A stretch of 64,000 nucleotides of DNA from an uncultured Gammaproteobacteria bacterium (GCA_963711435.1 CAVQEB010000001.1:17943-81942); one strand, 5' to 3'. Shown: positions 16,196 through 28,008, numbered from the stretch's first letter. Numbers and translations: made by a program. The notes: a model not told the origin generated them from the sequence alone.

Positions 16196-17074
16196 TCATT
16201 CAAGCGTCGCGCGGTCCGCGCCCAAGCTGCCGCCGGCGGCCTCAAGCGCCGCATGGAGCGGTGAGCGATTCACGCCGCGCGCCACGAAGCAGTGCCACTC
16301 ATCCGGTACCCGTGCCGCGATCCGCTCCGCCTGCGCGGCCTCGGCAAACGCAGCGTACACACATGAGCCGGTGCCGGTCAGCCGCGCCGGCGCATAAGCG
16401 CTCAGCCAGTCGATCGCTGCGGCCACCGCCGGCTGCCGGGCGCGCACGATCGGCTCGAAATCATTCCGGGTCGCCCCTTCGAAAAGGGCGCGTATTGTGA
16501 TGACGGGGGAATTTCGTGTCAATTCAGGGGCCTGGAATAGCTCTGCCGTTGACACCGCCACCCCCGGATAGATCACCAGAAACCAGCGATCCGGCAGCAT
16601 GATCGGCTGCAGGCGCTCGCCGCGCCCCTCGGCCCAGGCCGAATCGCCCAGCACGAATACTGGCACGTCGGCGCCTAGCGTTGCGCCCAGATCGGCCAGT
16701 TGCCCGGGCGCCAGGCCCGTGCCCCAAAGCCGGTTCAGCACCACCAGCACCGTGGCGGCATCGGAACTGCCGCCGCCGAGCCCGCCGCCGGCCGGAATGC
16801 GCTTGCGGAGCTGGATTTTGACGCCGAAATGGCTTTTGCAGTAGGGCTTAAGCGCACGGGCGGCACGCACCGTCAGGTCCGCCTCGGCCGGGACGCCGGC
16901 CGGGCCTGCCAGCCTTTCTATGGCGCCATCGACGGATGCCTCCAGGCCCACTTCGTCGCACAGTTCGAGCAACTGAAAGGCGGTCTGCAGGTCGTGATAG
17001 CCATCGGGCCGCCGGCCCGTGACGTGCAGGAACAGGTTCAGTTTGGCCGGGGCCGGCCACCACTTTAATGTCAT
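16196..17074 (-). CDS. ispE: 4-diphosphocytidyl-2-C-methyl-D-erythritol kinase
   Basis: WPAPAKLNLFLHVTGRRPDGYH, IPAGGGLGGGSSDAA; ATG 17074 in ATGA overlap with lolB stop. Confidence 0.95.
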   Translation of the reverse strand: MTLKWWPAPAKLNLFLHVTGRRPDGYHDLQTAFQLLELCDEVGLEASVDGAIERLAGPAGVPAEADLTVRAARALKPYCKSHFGVKIQLRKRIPAGGGLGGGSSDAATVLVVLNRLWGTGLAPGQLADLGATLGADVPVFVLGDSAWAEGRGERLQPIMLPDRWFLVIYPGVAVSTAELFQAPELTRNSPVITIRALFEGATRNDFEPIVRARQPAVAAAIDWLSAYAPARLTGTGSCVYAAFAEAAQAERIAARVPDEWHCFVARGVNRSPLHAALEAAGGSLGADRATLE

Positions 17075-17694
17075 GGGATCTGCCAGTGACTGATCAGCAA
17101 CCGCAGCCGCACGGTATCGCGCTGCGCGTTGATCCGCCTTGGCAGCCATTGGCCCTGCCACTCAACATAATCGGTATAGGTCAGCTGCCAGCCGAATTGC
17201 ACGAGGGCACTCAGGCGCTGCGCGTCGTCCACCGTTTCCTGCGCTGGGCCGGACGGATCGGGGCAGCCAAGCAACCAGTAACGCAGACTCCCGATAGGCG
17301 GCACAAAGCCAACCAGGTTGGCGATCCGCGTCGCCGCCTCATCGCCACTCCACTCGGTATCTCCACTGTTGAGCTGCAGCTGCCGGCCATCGAATGTAAG
17401 CCGTGAGATCGCGCTGCCCAGGGGCGAGCGCAACACGACGCTGGCCGTTGACCCACGCGCGGCCCAGTCCATGCCGGCGTTGAAGCCCTGGTCTGCGCTG
17501 GCTACCGCGATTTTTCCTGAAAGCGTATAGCTCTCAATGGCTTGCAACTGACCGCGGCGTTCCAGCCACGGCGCACTCGGCTTGGCCGGTGGCAGGCTGG
17601 CGCAACCGGCAAGCAGCAGCAGGACGCCAGAGACCGCGACGGCGAACATGCGGCCTGGGCCGCACGCGACGGCTCTACACTGCGGTACCGGCAC
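17071..17694 (-). CDS. lolB: outer-membrane lipoprotein LolB
   Basis: Lipobox LLLAGC; synteny lolB-ispE; GTG 17694 or ATG 17649 as start. Confidence 0.85.
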   Translation of the reverse strand: MPVPQCRAVACGPGRMFAVAVSGVLLLLAGCASLPPAKPSAPWLERRGQLQAIESYTLSGKIAVASADQGFNAGMDWAARGSTASVVLRSPLGSAISRLTFDGRQLQLNSGDTEWSGDEAATRIANLVGFVPPIGSLRYWLLGCPDPSGPAQETVDDAQRLSALVQFGWQLTYTDYVEWQGQWLPRRINAQRDTVRLRLLISHWQIP

Positions 17695-19408
17695 CGGGCC
17701 TGACCTGGCCGGGCGCGCCTTGCGGGACCTTCAGATCCGGCGCGAATCGGCTGACGACGGCTCGCAGCGTTTCGTTATCCGGATCGGCCGCGAGTGCGCG
17801 GCGCCACGCTTCGCGCGCCTGCTCTTTCTCGCCTACCGACCACAACACCTCGCCCCAATGAGCGCCGATGTCGCCGTCGTGAAATAAGCGAAACGCGCGC
17901 TCCAGCACCGGCAGCGCCTCGCGGCCCTCGTGGCGGCGGTAAAGCACCCAGCCGAGGCTATCGAGCATCGCCGGATTGTCCGGCTCATCGCGCAGCGCCT
18001 CGCGGATCAGCTGTTCGGCCCGCGGCAGGTCACGGGAATGATCGGCCAGCGTGTAACCGAGCGCATTGGTGATGCCCGCATCCTGCGGCCGGTCGCGGTG
18101 CATCGCATCGAGCGCGGCAACGGCCCGGTCGGTCTTGCCGGCCCGCTCCAGAAACACCGCGTGCTGGTACAGCAGCTCCGGGTGCTGCGGGTAGTGCTTG
18201 AGCGCCTGCTCGATGCGGGTGACGGCGCGGTCAGCCGCGCCGTGCGACGCCAGCAGCTCGTCGATGCTCAGTTCCGCATCGAGCCGCTGCGTGACGTCGG
18301 CGCCCTCGGCAGGAGCCAGCAGCTGAATCGCATTTTCCTGCTGGCCATCGCGATACAGCAACTCGGCCATGCGCTGCCGGGCCACCCGATCCAGCGACGT
18401 GCCTGCCAGCGCGGAAAAGCCGCGCAGCGCGGCGCTGTTATCGCCACGCTGCGCCGCCAGCACCGACAGGTAATAGACCGCGGCGGCCTGGGATTCCGGA
18501 TTGCTCAGCAGTTCGCGAAACCGCTGCTCGGCCAGCACGTAATTGCCGCGGGTGTAGGCGAGCACGGCCAGTCGCCGCCGCGCTTCGGCACCTGCCGTCT
18601 GATCGGTGCGCAGATTCATCAGCTCGGTCTCGGCCTGATCGTCCCGATCGAGCAGCAACAACACGTCGATCAGCGCAAAGCGCTCCGGCGCACCGTGATC
18701 GGCCGCCGCCGCGCGCGCCGCGGCGAGGGCCTCATCGGCCTGACCGAGACCGGCGTGGGCGCGCCCGCGCAACGCGGCCGTAACCGCGGCATCGGTACCT
18801 TCGCCGCCGGCTTGCGCCGAATAACGCAGTGACAGCGCAAAATCCCAGCCATCCAGCGCCACCGCGGCCAGCGCCCGCTCGACCGCGCCGGCCGCCAGCT
18901 GCTTGGCCTGCGAGCCGCGCAGCATCGCCAGCGTTGGCTCGGCGCCGGCACGCTGCGACAACGAATCAATGGCGGCCGCTACATCGGCATCGGCCGGCGC
19001 CGGTGAGCGCAGCAGCCAGCCCAGAAATTCCGCCCGCGCGGCCGTGATGTGAAACTGGCCGAGCTGCGCGCGCACGCTCGCCAGCACCGCCTCGCTCGCC
19101 CCCGGAGCGAGCGTCTGCCAGCGCGCCGCTGCCTGCTCGGCCAGCGAATACTGGCCGCACTGCAAAGCCACATCGGCGGCGCGGGCGGCGAGCTTGGTGT
19201 CGGTGAACTTCTCGCTGGCCGCGAGATACTGGTGGCTGGCCTGATCGCAATCGCCGCGCTGCAGATTGATCTCGGCCGCCAGCATCGCGGCGTTCGGGCT
19301 CTTCAGATCCTCGCTCCCGACCGCCCACGGGGCGACCGCGCCGGCGAACGCGGCGACTGCGATGCCGCACCAACGCGCAGATCCAAGGTGTCGCACTGAC
19401 ATGATCAT
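17675..19408 (-). CDS. TPR-repeat protein with signal peptide
   Basis: [31 protein letters not shown] then repeated Ala/Leu-rich helical TPR-like units; track ORF N-terminal extension rejected (overlaps prfA). Confidence 0.8.
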   Translation of the reverse strand: MIMSVRHLGSARWCGIAVAAFAGAVAPWAVGSEDLKSPNAAMLAAEINLQRGDCDQASHQYLAASEKFTDTKLAARAADVALQCGQYSLAEQAAARWQTLAPGASEAVLASVRAQLGQFHITAARAEFLGWLLRSPAPADADVAAAIDSLSQRAGAEPTLAMLRGSQAKQLAAGAVERALAAVALDGWDFALSLRYSAQAGGEGTDAAVTAALRGRAHAGLGQADEALAAARAAAADHGAPERFALIDVLLLLDRDDQAETELMNLRTDQTAGAEARRRLAVLAYTRGNYVLAEQRFRELLSNPESQAAAVYYLSVLAAQRGDNSAALRGFSALAGTSLDRVARQRMAELLYRDGQQENAIQLLAPAEGADVTQRLDAELSIDELLASHGAADRAVTRIEQALKHYPQHPELLYQHAVFLERAGKTDRAVAALDAMHRDRPQDAGITNALGYTLADHSRDLPRAEQLIREALRDEPDNPAMLDSLGWVLYRRHEGREALPVLERAFRLFHDGDIGAHWGEVLWSVGEKEQAREAWRRALAADPDNETLRAVVSRFAPDLKVPQGAPGQVRPGAGTAV

Positions 19409-19420
19409 GCGACTATAGCA

Positions 19421-20500
19421 GTGATGAAAGCGTCCATCCGCCAAAAACTGGATCGCGCCCAGGAGCGCTTTGAAGAGGTCGGCCAGCTGCTGTCCGATCC
19501 GGAGGTTTTGGCGCGCCCGGAGCAGTTCCGTGAGCTGTCCATGGAATATGCCCGTCTGCGGCCGACCGCTGATGCGCTGCAAGAATACCGGCGAATCGAG
19601 GCCGATCTGCACGCGGCGCAGGGACTGCTTGGCGATGCGGATGCCGGCCTGCGCGGCCTCGGCGCCGAAGAGGTGGCGCGCACCGAGAAGCAACTGCAGC
19701 TGCGCGAGCAGGAATTGCAGAAGCTGCTGATCCCGAAGGATCCGCGCGATGAGCGCAACATCTTTCTGGAAATCCGCGCCGGGACCGGCGGCGATGAGGC
19801 CGCATTATTCGCCGGCGATTTGCTGCGCATGTACAGCCGCTTTGCCGAGCAGCAGGGCTGGCAGGTCGAGACCCTCAACGAAAATCCTGGCGAGCACGGC
19901 GGCTATCGGGAAATCATCTGTCGCATTGCCGGGCGCGGCGTGTTCTCCCGCTTGAAATTCGAATCGGGCACCCACCGTGTCCAGCGGGTACCGCAGACCG
20001 AGGCCCAGGGCCGCGTCCACACCTCGGCCTGCACGGTGGCGATCCTGCCCGAGATCGAGGCGATCGATCGGATCGAAATCAATCCGGCCGAGCTGCGCAT
20101 CGACACTTATCGCTCATCGGGCGCTGGCGGACAGCATGTCAACAAGACCGATTCGGCTGTGCGCATCACGCACCTGCCCTCCGGCATTGTGGTCGAATGC
20201 CAGGACGAGCGTTCGCAGCACAAGAATCGCGCCCGCGCGTTATCTTTGCTGCAGGCGCGACTGCTGGCGGCGGAACAGGATAAGCGCCAATCGGCCCAGG
20301 CACAGACCCGGAAGCTCCAGATCGGCAGCGGCGACCGTTCCGAGCGGATCCGAACCTACAATTATCCGCAGGGCCGGGTCACCGACCACCGCATCAACCT
20401 GACGCTTTATAAACTCGATGAAATCCTCAACGGTGCGCTGCAGGAGTTGCTCGACGCCCTGGAGCAGGAATATCAGGCCGAGGAGCTGGCGGCCGAGTAA
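19421..20500 (+). CDS. prfA: peptide chain release factor 1
   Basis: [24 protein letters not shown] (GGQ motif), 359 aa. Confidence 0.97.
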   Translation: MMKASIRQKLDRAQERFEEVGQLLSDPEVLARPEQFRELSMEYARLRPTADALQEYRRIEADLHAAQGLLGDADAGLRGLGAEEVARTEKQLQLREQELQKLLIPKDPRDERNIFLEIRAGTGGDEAALFAGDLLRMYSRFAEQQGWQVETLNENPGEHGGYREIICRIAGRGVFSRLKFESGTHRVQRVPQTEAQGRVHTSACTVAILPEIEAIDRIEINPAELRIDTYRSSGAGGQHVNKTDSAVRITHLPSGIVVECQDERSQHKNRARALSLLQARLLAAEQDKRQSAQAQTRKLQIGSGDRSERIRTYNYPQGRVTDHRINLTLYKLDEILNGALQELLDALEQEYQAEELAAE

Positions 20501-21252
20501 AGCACGATCGCGAGCGCACTGAAAAACAGCCACACCGCGCCGGTCAGACCGATGATCAGGACGGTGCTGATCGCGTTGAGCACCGATCCGGCGACGACCG
20601 CGCCCGGCCCCAGCACCAGACCCAGCACGGCCATGGCGGCGAGCAGGCACACGAAGGCTATCCCCAGGCCGATGACCACACAGAAGCAGCATTTCCACCA
20701 CAGCGGCCTGACCAGCTGCAGACTGCGAACCAGCGCGTTCACGGCACCGCCGGATTCGAACAGTACGATCGGCATCAATACCCAGAAGCACACCACCAGA
20801 TAAAGCACCGGTAGCAGCGCCAGCACGCGCAAGTACCACGCCGGCGCGATCTGGAACAGATTGACAATCGTGGCCAGCGCCAGCAGCACCAGAAAGAGCG
20901 CGGGCACCAGCACCAGCAATCGCCAGGCCGATTGACGCAATTCGCCGGCCAGGTTGACCGGCTGCCCCCTGACCATGGTGCCCTGGCGCAGCATGGCCGC
21001 TCCCATCAGCCACAGCAGTGTCAGCAGTCCAACGGAATAAAGTATCCAGAATTGCGGATCGGTCGGCGGATGCCAGATGTCCAGGGTCTGGCTGCGGGCG
21101 AGCAGCGTCAACACCGGCAGCTCAATGGCGAGCGCCGCCAGCATCGCGAGCGGCAGGCATTTGGCCAGCGTCGCGCGGAACAGCCGCGCGGCGGCGTTCA
21201 GCAGCTCACTGACGGCCGCTGCATGCGGTGGCAGCGGCAAAGGGCTCGGCAT
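20473..21252 (-). CDS. hypothetical polytopic membrane protein
   Basis: 259 aa with ~6 hydrophobic segments; alternative frames in this gap translate to Arg/Gln-rich junk; family not recognised. Confidence 0.6.
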   Translation of the reverse strand: MPSPLPLPPHAAAVSELLNAAARLFRATLAKCLPLAMLAALAIELPVLTLLARSQTLDIWHPPTDPQFWILYSVGLLTLLWLMGAAMLRQGTMVRGQPVNLAGELRQSAWRLLVLVPALFLVLLALATIVNLFQIAPAWYLRVLALLPVLYLVVCFWVLMPIVLFESGGAVNALVRSLQLVRPLWWKCCFCVVIGLGIAFVCLLAAMAVLGLVLGPGAVVAGSVLNAISTVLIIGLTGAVWLFFSALAIVLYSAASSSA

Positions 21253-21303
21253 GAGACACTCTCCGTCTGGGCAGATTCACCCGTTCAATTTAGCAGACCG
21301 CTC

Positions 21304-22170
21304 ATGACGGAAGGGCAACTACCGGCGCAGATCGGGCCGCTGCTGCGCGCCGCCACGGGGCGGCTTCGGGGCAGCGACTCAGCCCGCCTCGATGCCGAGC
21401 TGCTGCTCGCACACACCCTGAACCGGCCGCGCAGCTACGTGCTCAGCGAGCCGGACGTTGCGCTCAGCCCGGCACAGACTGAACGCTTCGCGGCTCTGGT
21501 TGGCCGCCGGGCAGCCGGCGAGCCGCTGGCCTACCTCACCGGCGAGCGTGAATTCTGGGCACTGCCGCTTAAGCTCAGTCCCGCGGTGCTGATCCCGCGA
21601 CCTGAGACCGAGTTGCTGGTCGAGCGGTCCCTGGTGCTGCTTGCCGCTGAGCCCGCCGCAGTGGCGGACCTCGGAACCGGCTCGGGCGCGGTCGCCCTGG
21701 CGCTCGCCAGCGAGCGGCCCTCCTGGCAGATTACGGCAACCGATCAGTCCGTTGCGGCACTGGAAGTGGCCGCTGCCAACGCGCGGCGGCTTAAACTGCA
21801 CAACGTAAGTTTCCTGCCCGGCAGCTGGTTTGAGCCGCTGCGCGGGCAGCGCTTTGCGCTGCTGGTCAGCAACCCGCCGTACGTGGCCGAAACCGACCCG
21901 GTACTGCGTTCACCGCCGCTTACGCACGAGCCGCGCGAGGCGCTGGCCAGTGGCGCCGACGGGACCGATGCATTGCGGACCCTGATCGTCGGCGGGCGTG
22001 CGCACCTGTTGCCGGGCGGCTGGCTGCTGCTCGAGCATGGCGCTGCGCAGGCCGGTTGGGTGGCAAAGTTGCTTGTCGCGCAGGGGTACGCTCACGTAGG
22101 CTGCCATCAGGATCTGGCCGGACACGCCCGGGTCACGGCGGGCCAGGCCCCGGAGCTGGCAGCCGCCTAA
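21304..22170 (+). CDS. prmC: release-factor glutamine N5-methyltransferase
   Basis: DLGTGSGAVALALA, LLVSNPPYV; start trimmed to ATG 21304. Confidence 0.93.
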   Translation: MTEGQLPAQIGPLLRAATGRLRGSDSARLDAELLLAHTLNRPRSYVLSEPDVALSPAQTERFAALVGRRAAGEPLAYLTGEREFWALPLKLSPAVLIPRPETELLVERSLVLLAAEPAAVADLGTGSGAVALALASERPSWQITATDQSVAALEVAAANARRLKLHNVSFLPGSWFEPLRGQRFALLVSNPPYVAETDPVLRSPPLTHEPREALASGADGTDALRTLIVGGRAHLLPGGWLLLEHGAAQAGWVAKLLVAQGYAHVGCHQDLAGHARVTAGQAPELAAA

Positions 22171-22191
22171 GGCTAGCAAGAGGCACAGCAG

Positions 22192-22686
22192 ATGGTACGT
22201 TTTGAAACTTCCCACGGCGCCTTCACGATTGAGCTGTATCCGGAGGAAGCGCCGCTCAGCGTGAAGAATTTCCTGCAGTACGTGGACAGCGGCTTTTTTG
22301 ACGGCACGATATTTCATCGCATCGTGCCGGGCTTCGTCATTCAGGGCGGCGGCCTGACCGCGGACTTCTCGCCAAAGAAAACCGAGCCGCCGATACGCAA
22401 CGAAGCCGACAACGGCCTGCGCAATGAGCGCGGCACGCTTTCAATGGCACGGACCGACGCGCCACACAGTGCTACCAGTCAGTTTTTCGTCAACCTGGCC
22501 GACAACGAATTTCTCGATTACCGCCCGGGCCGGCATGGCTATGCGGTCTTCGGGCGCGTGGTCGACGGCATCGAAGTCATCGACCGCATCGCCACCGTGC
22601 CAACGGGGCGGCGCAAGGGCTATACCGATGCACCGACCGAAGATGTCCTGATCCGCTCGGCGCGCCAGACGGAGGCGGCGAAATAA
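22192..22686 (+). CDS. ppiB: cyclophilin-type peptidyl-prolyl isomerase
   Basis: [35 protein letters not shown]; no signal peptide. Confidence 0.9.
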   Translation: MVRFETSHGAFTIELYPEEAPLSVKNFLQYVDSGFFDGTIFHRIVPGFVIQGGGLTADFSPKKTEPPIRNEADNGLRNERGTLSMARTDAPHSATSQFFVNLADNEFLDYRPGRHGYAVFGRVVDGIEVIDRIATVPTGRRKGYTDAPTEDVLIRSARQTEAAK

Positions 22687-22692
22687 GCCGTC

Positions 22693-23427
22693 ATGGCCCA
22701 TCCCGGGCTGCTGCGCCGCGCCGGCCGGTTATTGCTGCTGACCGGGCTCGGTCTGTTCATTGCCATTGTGCTGACCGTCGGCGCGCTGCGCTGGGTTGAC
22801 CCGCCGACCAGCGCTTTCATGCTCGAGGCGCGGCTGCAGGCGCTGCGCGATGGCGAACACGGCTACCGCACCCAGTATCAGTGGGTTGATCTGGAAAACA
22901 TCTCGCCGCAGGCGGCTGTGGCGGTGATCGCCTCCGAGGATCAGCAGTTTCCGTTTCACATGGGCTTTGACTTCCCCTCGATCCGCGAAGCGGTGCGCCA
23001 CAATGCGCGGAGCCGCCATGTGCGCGGCGCGAGCACCATCTCCCAGCAGGTGGCCAAGAACCTGTTTCTCTGGTCCGGCGGCGGATTTTTCCGCAAGGGG
23101 CTGGAGGCGGGGCTGACCTTGTTGATCGAGTGGACCTGGCCCAAGGAGCGGATCTTGGAGATGTACCTGAACATCGCCCAGTTCGGTCATGGCGTCTACG
23201 GGGTGCAGGCGGCGGCGCAGCGTTTTTTCCATACGAGCGCGCGGCATCTGGATCGGAGCGAGGCGGCGCTGCTGGCGGCGGTGCTGCCGAGTCCCGAGCG
23301 CCTCAAGGTGCAGGCGCCCAGCGCCTACGTCGAATCCCGTCGCGACTGGATTTTGGGGCAAATGAGTGCGCTCGGCGGCGCGAGCTACCTGGATGAGCTG
23401 GATTCGGCGGCGCGGCGCACGCCCTGA
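22693..23427 (+). CDS. mtgA: monofunctional biosynthetic peptidoglycan transglycosylase
   Basis: N-terminal TM segment, then SEDQQFPFHMGFD, GASTISQQVAKN, KERILEMYLNIAQFG. Confidence 0.93.
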   Translation: MAHPGLLRRAGRLLLLTGLGLFIAIVLTVGALRWVDPPTSAFMLEARLQALRDGEHGYRTQYQWVDLENISPQAAVAVIASEDQQFPFHMGFDFPSIREAVRHNARSRHVRGASTISQQVAKNLFLWSGGGFFRKGLEAGLTLLIEWTWPKERILEMYLNIAQFGHGVYGVQAAAQRFFHTSARHLDRSEAALLAAVLPSPERLKVQAPSAYVESRRDWILGQMSALGGASYLDELDSAARRTP

Positions 23428-23472
23428 ACGCGGCGACAATACACGGATACTTTTTGCTGGAGCACCACTGGA

Positions 23473-24183
23473 ATGGCCAACGTCGATCACAGCCGGCAGT
23501 TTCGCTACTACGATTTCATCATGGCGGCCTATGTGTGCATCGTGTTGTGCTCTAACCTTATCGGGCCGAGCAAAGCCACGACCGTGCACGTGCCGCTGAT
23601 CGGCAACATCAGCTTTCTGGCCGGGGTGCTGTTTTTTCCGCTCTCCTATATCTTCGGGGACATTCTCACTGAGGTTTACGGCTACGCCCGCGATCGGCGC
23701 GTCGTCTGGGCCGGTTTCGGTGCACTCGCCTTCGCTGCGCTGATGGCCTACGTCATCGTCGCGCTGCCACCGGCTGCCGACTGGCGCGAGCACCAGCCGG
23801 CGGTCCAATACATCTTTGGCAACACGCCGCGGATCATCGCCGCGTCAATTATTGCTTTCTGGTGCGGCTCATTCGTCAACAGTTTTGTCATGGCCAAGAT
23901 GAAGCTGTGGAGCGGGGGCCGCTGGCTGTGGACGCGTGCGGTGGGCTCCACGCTCTGCGGTGAAGCGGTCGATTCGGGATTGTTTTACACCATCGCCTTT
24001 TTAGGCATATGGCGGCCGAGCATGCTGCTCACCTATACGCTGACCCAGTATTGCCTCAAATGCGGCTGGGAGATCGTCATGATTCCCGTGACTTACCGCG
24101 TCGTCGGCTTTCTCAAGCGTGCCGAGCGCGAGGATTATTACGATCGGGACACGGATTTCACGCCGTTCTCGCTCAAGACCTGA
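23473..24183 (+). CDS. yhhQ: queuosine-precursor transporter (YhhQ/VUT family)
   Basis: FFPLSYIFGDILTEVYGY, TLCGEAVDSGLFYTIAFLG motifs. Confidence 0.85.
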   Translation: MANVDHSRQFRYYDFIMAAYVCIVLCSNLIGPSKATTVHVPLIGNISFLAGVLFFPLSYIFGDILTEVYGYARDRRVVWAGFGALAFAALMAYVIVALPPAADWREHQPAVQYIFGNTPRIIAASIIAFWCGSFVNSFVMAKMKLWSGGRWLWTRAVGSTLCGEAVDSGLFYTIAFLGIWRPSMLLTYTLTQYCLKCGWEIVMIPVTYRVVGFLKRAEREDYYDRDTDFTPFSLKT

Positions 24184-24203
24184 GCCCTTCAGCGCGCGGC
24201 GGC

Positions 24204-25100
24204 TCAATTGATGGACGCGGGACCTGCCGGTACTGCGCCCGGCGCAAACAACCGTTCAACGTCCACGGCATCGAAGCGATAGGGTCGCTGGCAGAATTCA
24301 CACGTCACGCTCACGGCGCCCTGCTCGGCCAGCACCGAGCGGACCTCTTCGGCCCCGAGCGAGCGGAGCAATTCGGCCACGCGCTCGTGGCTGCAGCCAC
24401 AGGCGTGGCGTACGTCCGTGGCGGCATACAACCGGCAGTCATAAGCGCCGCACAGCCGCTGCAGCGATTCATTCACGGATCCGGCCAGCAGTTGCTGGGG
24501 CTTGAGAGCCTCAAGGCCCTGTTGCAGATCATCCCAGACCTGCTCCAGGCGCCCCGACCTCGCTTCGCCGCTGTCGCGCTCCGGCAATTTCTGAATCAGC
24601 ACGCCCGCCGCAGTCATGGCATCGGCGGCCAGCGACAGTCGGGTCGGCAGCTGCTCGGAGGTCGCAAAGTAGCGCGCGATGCATTCGCCCATGCTCGCGC
24701 CGTCGAGCGGCACAATGCCCTGATAGCGCGAGGCGCGCTCGCCGGTCTCAATCGTCACCACCAGCCGGCCGTCACCGACGAGGGCGCGAAAGGGGCCGTC
24801 GCCGCTTCCTTTCGCCTCGTGCTGCGCGACCGCGCGAATCCTGAAATCATGCGTGCATTGCGCCACCAGCAGCCCAACGGGCCCGGACCCGGTCAGCTGC
24901 AGCGTCAGACGGCCGTCGAATTTTAAGGTCGCAGCCAGCAGCACGGCGGCGGTTACCGTTTCCCCGAGCAGTGCCTCGATCGCGGGCGGATAGTGCTGAT
25001 GAGCGCGCAGCTGCTGCCACGCCGCACCGAGGTGCACCCAGTGTCCGCGCACCGGGTGCTCCTCCAGGATAAACCGGCGCAGCTGATCGGACTCGTCCAC
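24204..25100 (-). CDS. hslO: redox-regulated chaperone Hsp33
   Basis: C-terminal zinc centre CGCS...CEFC; GTG start. Confidence 0.92.
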   Translation of the reverse strand: MDESDQLRRFILEEHPVRGHWVHLGAAWQQLRAHQHYPPAIEALLGETVTAAVLLAATLKFDGRLTLQLTGSGPVGLLVAQCTHDFRIRAVAQHEAKGSGDGPFRALVGDGRLVVTIETGERASRYQGIVPLDGASMGECIARYFATSEQLPTRLSLAADAMTAAGVLIQKLPERDSGEARSGRLEQVWDDLQQGLEALKPQQLLAGSVNESLQRLCGAYDCRLYAATDVRHACGCSHERVAELLRSLGAEEVRSVLAEQGAVSVTCEFCQRPYRFDAVDVERLFAPGAVPAGPASIN

Positions 25101-25108
25101 GGTTCAGC

Positions 25109-26548
25109 TCAGGGGCTGCCGAGGCGCTTTTTCAGCAGCTCGTTCAGCCGCGCCGGATTGGCCTTGCCCTGGGTGCGTTTCATGACCTGCCCGACAAAGA
25201 ACCCGAACAGCTTGTCCTTGCCCGAGCGATAGTCGGCCAGCTGCCCGGGATTGGCGGTAAGCACCGCCTCGATCGCCTGCTCGATGGCCGGATCATCGGT
25301 AATCTGCCGCAGTCCGCGCGCGGCGATGATGTCATCGGCAGGCAACTGCTCGGTCCACATCGCCTCGAACACGTCCTTGGCAATCTTGCCGGAGATGGTC
25401 TGATCGGCCACCCGGCGCAGCAGGCCGGCGAGCGCTTCGGCCGAGACCCGGCTGGCGCCGATTTCCAGGCCGTCGCGGTTGAGGAATCCGGCCAGATCGC
25501 CCATCACCAGGTTGGCCGCGAGCTTCGGCTCGCCGCCAAGGAAGCGCACGACCGCTTCATAGTAATCGGCCAGTTCCGCGCCCGCCGTCAGCACCAGCGC
25601 ATCGTAATGCGTCAGACCGTACTGCTCGACAAAGCGTGCCGCCTTCGCATCCGGCAGTTCCGGCAGCGTCGCGCCGACGGCGCCGATGTACGCGGCGTCG
25701 AGCAGTACCGGCAGCAGATCCGGATCCGGGAAATAGCGGTAATCGTTGGCCTCTTCCTTGGAGCGCATCGAGCGCGTCTCGCCGCGCTCGGAATCGTACA
25801 GGCGCGTTTCCTGCACGATCTTGCCGCCGCCTTCGAGCACTTCAATCTGCCGCGCCACCTCGAAGTTGATCGCCTTCTCCACGAAGCGGAACGAATTGAC
25901 GTTCTTGATCTCGGCGCGGGTACCTAATTTCTCGGCACCGGTGCGGCGCACCGAGACGTTGGCGTCACAGCGAAAGGAGCCTTCCTGCATATTGCCGTCG
26001 CAGATGCGCAGGTAGCGCACCAGCGTGTGCACTTTTTTGAGATAGGCGACCGCCTCCTTGGCCGAGCGCAGATGCGGCTCGGAGACGATTTCGATCAGCG
26101 GCGTGCCGGCCCGGTTCAGGTCCACCCCGGTCAGTCCCGCGAGGCCTTCGTGCAGACTCTTGCCGGCGTCTTCCTCCAGATGCGCGCGGGTCACGCCGAT
26201 CCGCTTGGCGGTGCCGTCCTCGAGCACGATGTCAACGTGTCCGCCGCTGACAATCGGCAGCTCGTACTGGCTGATCTGGTAGCCCTTGGGCAGATCGGGG
26301 TAGAAATAATTCTTGCGCGCAAACACCGAACGCTCGGCGACCTTGGCACCGATCGCGAGCCCGAACAGCACGGCCATGCGCACCGCCTCGCCGTTGAGCA
26401 CCGGCAGTACGCCCGGATAACCTAAGTCCACCAGATTGGCCTGGGCATTCGGCGGCGCACCGTAGGCGGTTGCGGACGCGGAGAAAATCTTCGACTGCGT
26501 CGCCAGCTGCGCGTGGATCTCGAGGCCGATGACGGTTTCCCATTCCAT
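25109..26548 (-). CDS. gatB: Asp/Glu-tRNA amidotransferase subunit B
   Basis: [15 protein letters not shown]..., 479 aa; 1-nt overlap with gatA stop. Confidence 0.97.
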   Translation of the reverse strand: MEWETVIGLEIHAQLATQSKIFSASATAYGAPPNAQANLVDLGYPGVLPVLNGEAVRMAVLFGLAIGAKVAERSVFARKNYFYPDLPKGYQISQYELPIVSGGHVDIVLEDGTAKRIGVTRAHLEEDAGKSLHEGLAGLTGVDLNRAGTPLIEIVSEPHLRSAKEAVAYLKKVHTLVRYLRICDGNMQEGSFRCDANVSVRRTGAEKLGTRAEIKNVNSFRFVEKAINFEVARQIEVLEGGGKIVQETRLYDSERGETRSMRSKEEANDYRYFPDPDLLPVLLDAAYIGAVGATLPELPDAKAARFVEQYGLTHYDALVLTAGAELADYYEAVVRFLGGEPKLAANLVMGDLAGFLNRDGLEIGASRVSAEALAGLLRRVADQTISGKIAKDVFEAMWTEQLPADDIIAARGLRQITDDPAIEQAIEAVLTANPGQLADYRSGKDKLFGFFVGQVMKRTQGKANPARLNELLKKRLGSP

Positions 26549-28002
26549 CAGGCGTAGCCCTCCGGGATACGCCGGTGCCAGTCGGTCGCGAGCTGGTACT
26601 GGTGCGCGGCCCTAAGCAGCCGCGCTTCGGCAAAATGCGGGCCGATCAGCTGCATCCCGACCGGCAGGCCGCCGGCAAATCCGCACGGCACGGAAATGCC
26701 CGGCAACCCGGCGAGGTTGGCGCCGATCGTGTAGATGTCGTTCAGGTACATGGTCACCGGGTCGCTGGTCTTGGAGCCGAGCTCGAATGCTGCGGTCGGC
26801 GTGGTCGGGCCGAGCAGCAGGTCGACCTGCTCGAAGGCGCGGTTGAAGTCGCCGGCGATCAGCTGGCGCACTTTTTGCGCCTTGAGGTAAAAGGCATCGA
26901 AATAACCGGCCGAGAGCACGTAGGTCCCGGTCATGATGCGCCGCTTGACCTCGGCCCCAAAGCCCTCGCCGCGTGAACGCTCGTACAGATCGCGCAGGTC
27001 GCGCGGCTGCTCACAGCGATAGCCGTAGCGGACGCCGTCAAAACGGGCCAGGTTGGAGGAGCATTCCGCCGGCGCCACCACATAATAGGTCGGCACCGAT
27101 AGCGGCAGGTTCGGCAGACTCACCTCTGTGACCTGCGCGCCTTGCTGGCGCAGCACCTCGACGGCGGCGCGCACCCGGGCTTCGACCTGCCCATCAAGGC
27201 CCTTGTCGAAGCACTCCCGGAGCAGCCCGACCTTAAGTCCCGCCAGCGGTTCGTGAAGCGCTGCCGAATAATCGGGCACCGGCAGATCGACGCTGGTCGA
27301 ATCGCGCGGATCGAACCCGGCGATGGCGCCAAGCAGGAGCGCTGCGTCCTCGGCGCTGATCGTCAGCACGCCGGCCTGATCGAGGCTCGAGGCGAAGGCT
27401 ATCATCCCGTAGCGCGACACCCGGCCGTACGTTGGCTTCAGCCCGGTTATGCCGCAAAGCGCCGCCGGCTGGCGGATCGAGCCGCCGGTGTCGGTGCCGG
27501 TCGCCGCGGGCGCCAGCCGCGCCGCCACTGCGGCGGCCGAGCCGCCGGATGAGCCACCAGGCACCCGCGACCGATCCCACGGATTTTGGACCGGGCCGAA
27601 GTGGCTGGTCTCGTTGGATGAGCCCATCGCGAACTCATCCATATTGGTCTTGCCAAGCATCACGACGCCGGCGGTCCGCAGCCGCGCCACCACCGTCGCA
27701 TCGTAGGGCGATACAAAGTTGGACAGCATCCGGGAGCCACAGGTCGTGCGCGAGCCCGCCGTGCAGAATATGTCCTTGTGGGCGATCGGCAGGCCGGTCA
27801 GTGGCCCGGCCGAGCCGTCGGCCAGGGCACGGTCCGCCGCCGCCGCTGCCGAAAGCACGGTGTCGGCCTCGACGGTGATAAAGGCGTTGAGCTGCGCCTG
27901 GGCCCGCTCAATGCGCTGCAGAAACGCGCCAGCCAGCTCGACGGCCGAGAACCGCCGGGCCTTCAGGCCCGCTGCCAGCTCCGAAAGTGTCTGCAAATGC
28001 AT
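26548..28002 (-). CDS. gatA: Asp/Glu-tRNA amidotransferase subunit A
   Basis: Amidase signature [13 protein letters not shown], 484 aa. Confidence 0.97.
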   Translation of the reverse strand: MHLQTLSELAAGLKARRFSAVELAGAFLQRIERAQAQLNAFITVEADTVLSAAAAADRALADGSAGPLTGLPIAHKDIFCTAGSRTTCGSRMLSNFVSPYDATVVARLRTAGVVMLGKTNMDEFAMGSSNETSHFGPVQNPWDRSRVPGGSSGGSAAAVAARLAPAATGTDTGGSIRQPAALCGITGLKPTYGRVSRYGMIAFASSLDQAGVLTISAEDAALLLGAIAGFDPRDSTSVDLPVPDYSAALHEPLAGLKVGLLRECFDKGLDGQVEARVRAAVEVLRQQGAQVTEVSLPNLPLSVPTYYVVAPAECSSNLARFDGVRYGYRCEQPRDLRDLYERSRGEGFGAEVKRRIMTGTYVLSAGYFDAFYLKAQKVRQLIAGDFNRAFEQVDLLLGPTTPTAAFELGSKTSDPVTMYLNDIYTIGANLAGLPGISVPCGFAGGLPVGMQLIGPHFAEARLLRAAHQYQLATDWHRRIPEGYA

Positions 28003-28008
28003 ACGGTG

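Noticed and set aside
17675-19693. Full 672-aa version of the TPR ORF
   Set aside because: The first ~95 codons overlap prfA on the opposite strand and look like junk. A signal-peptide-bearing start exists at 19408.
23428-23472. preQ1 riboswitch upstream of yhhQ
   Set aside because: The spacer is only 45 nt and lacks the preQ1-I consensus (CCCUC...UAAAAAACUA-like tail).
22729-23808. 359-aa minus-strand ORF
   Set aside because: Antisense of mtgA and yhhQ, both confidently identified.
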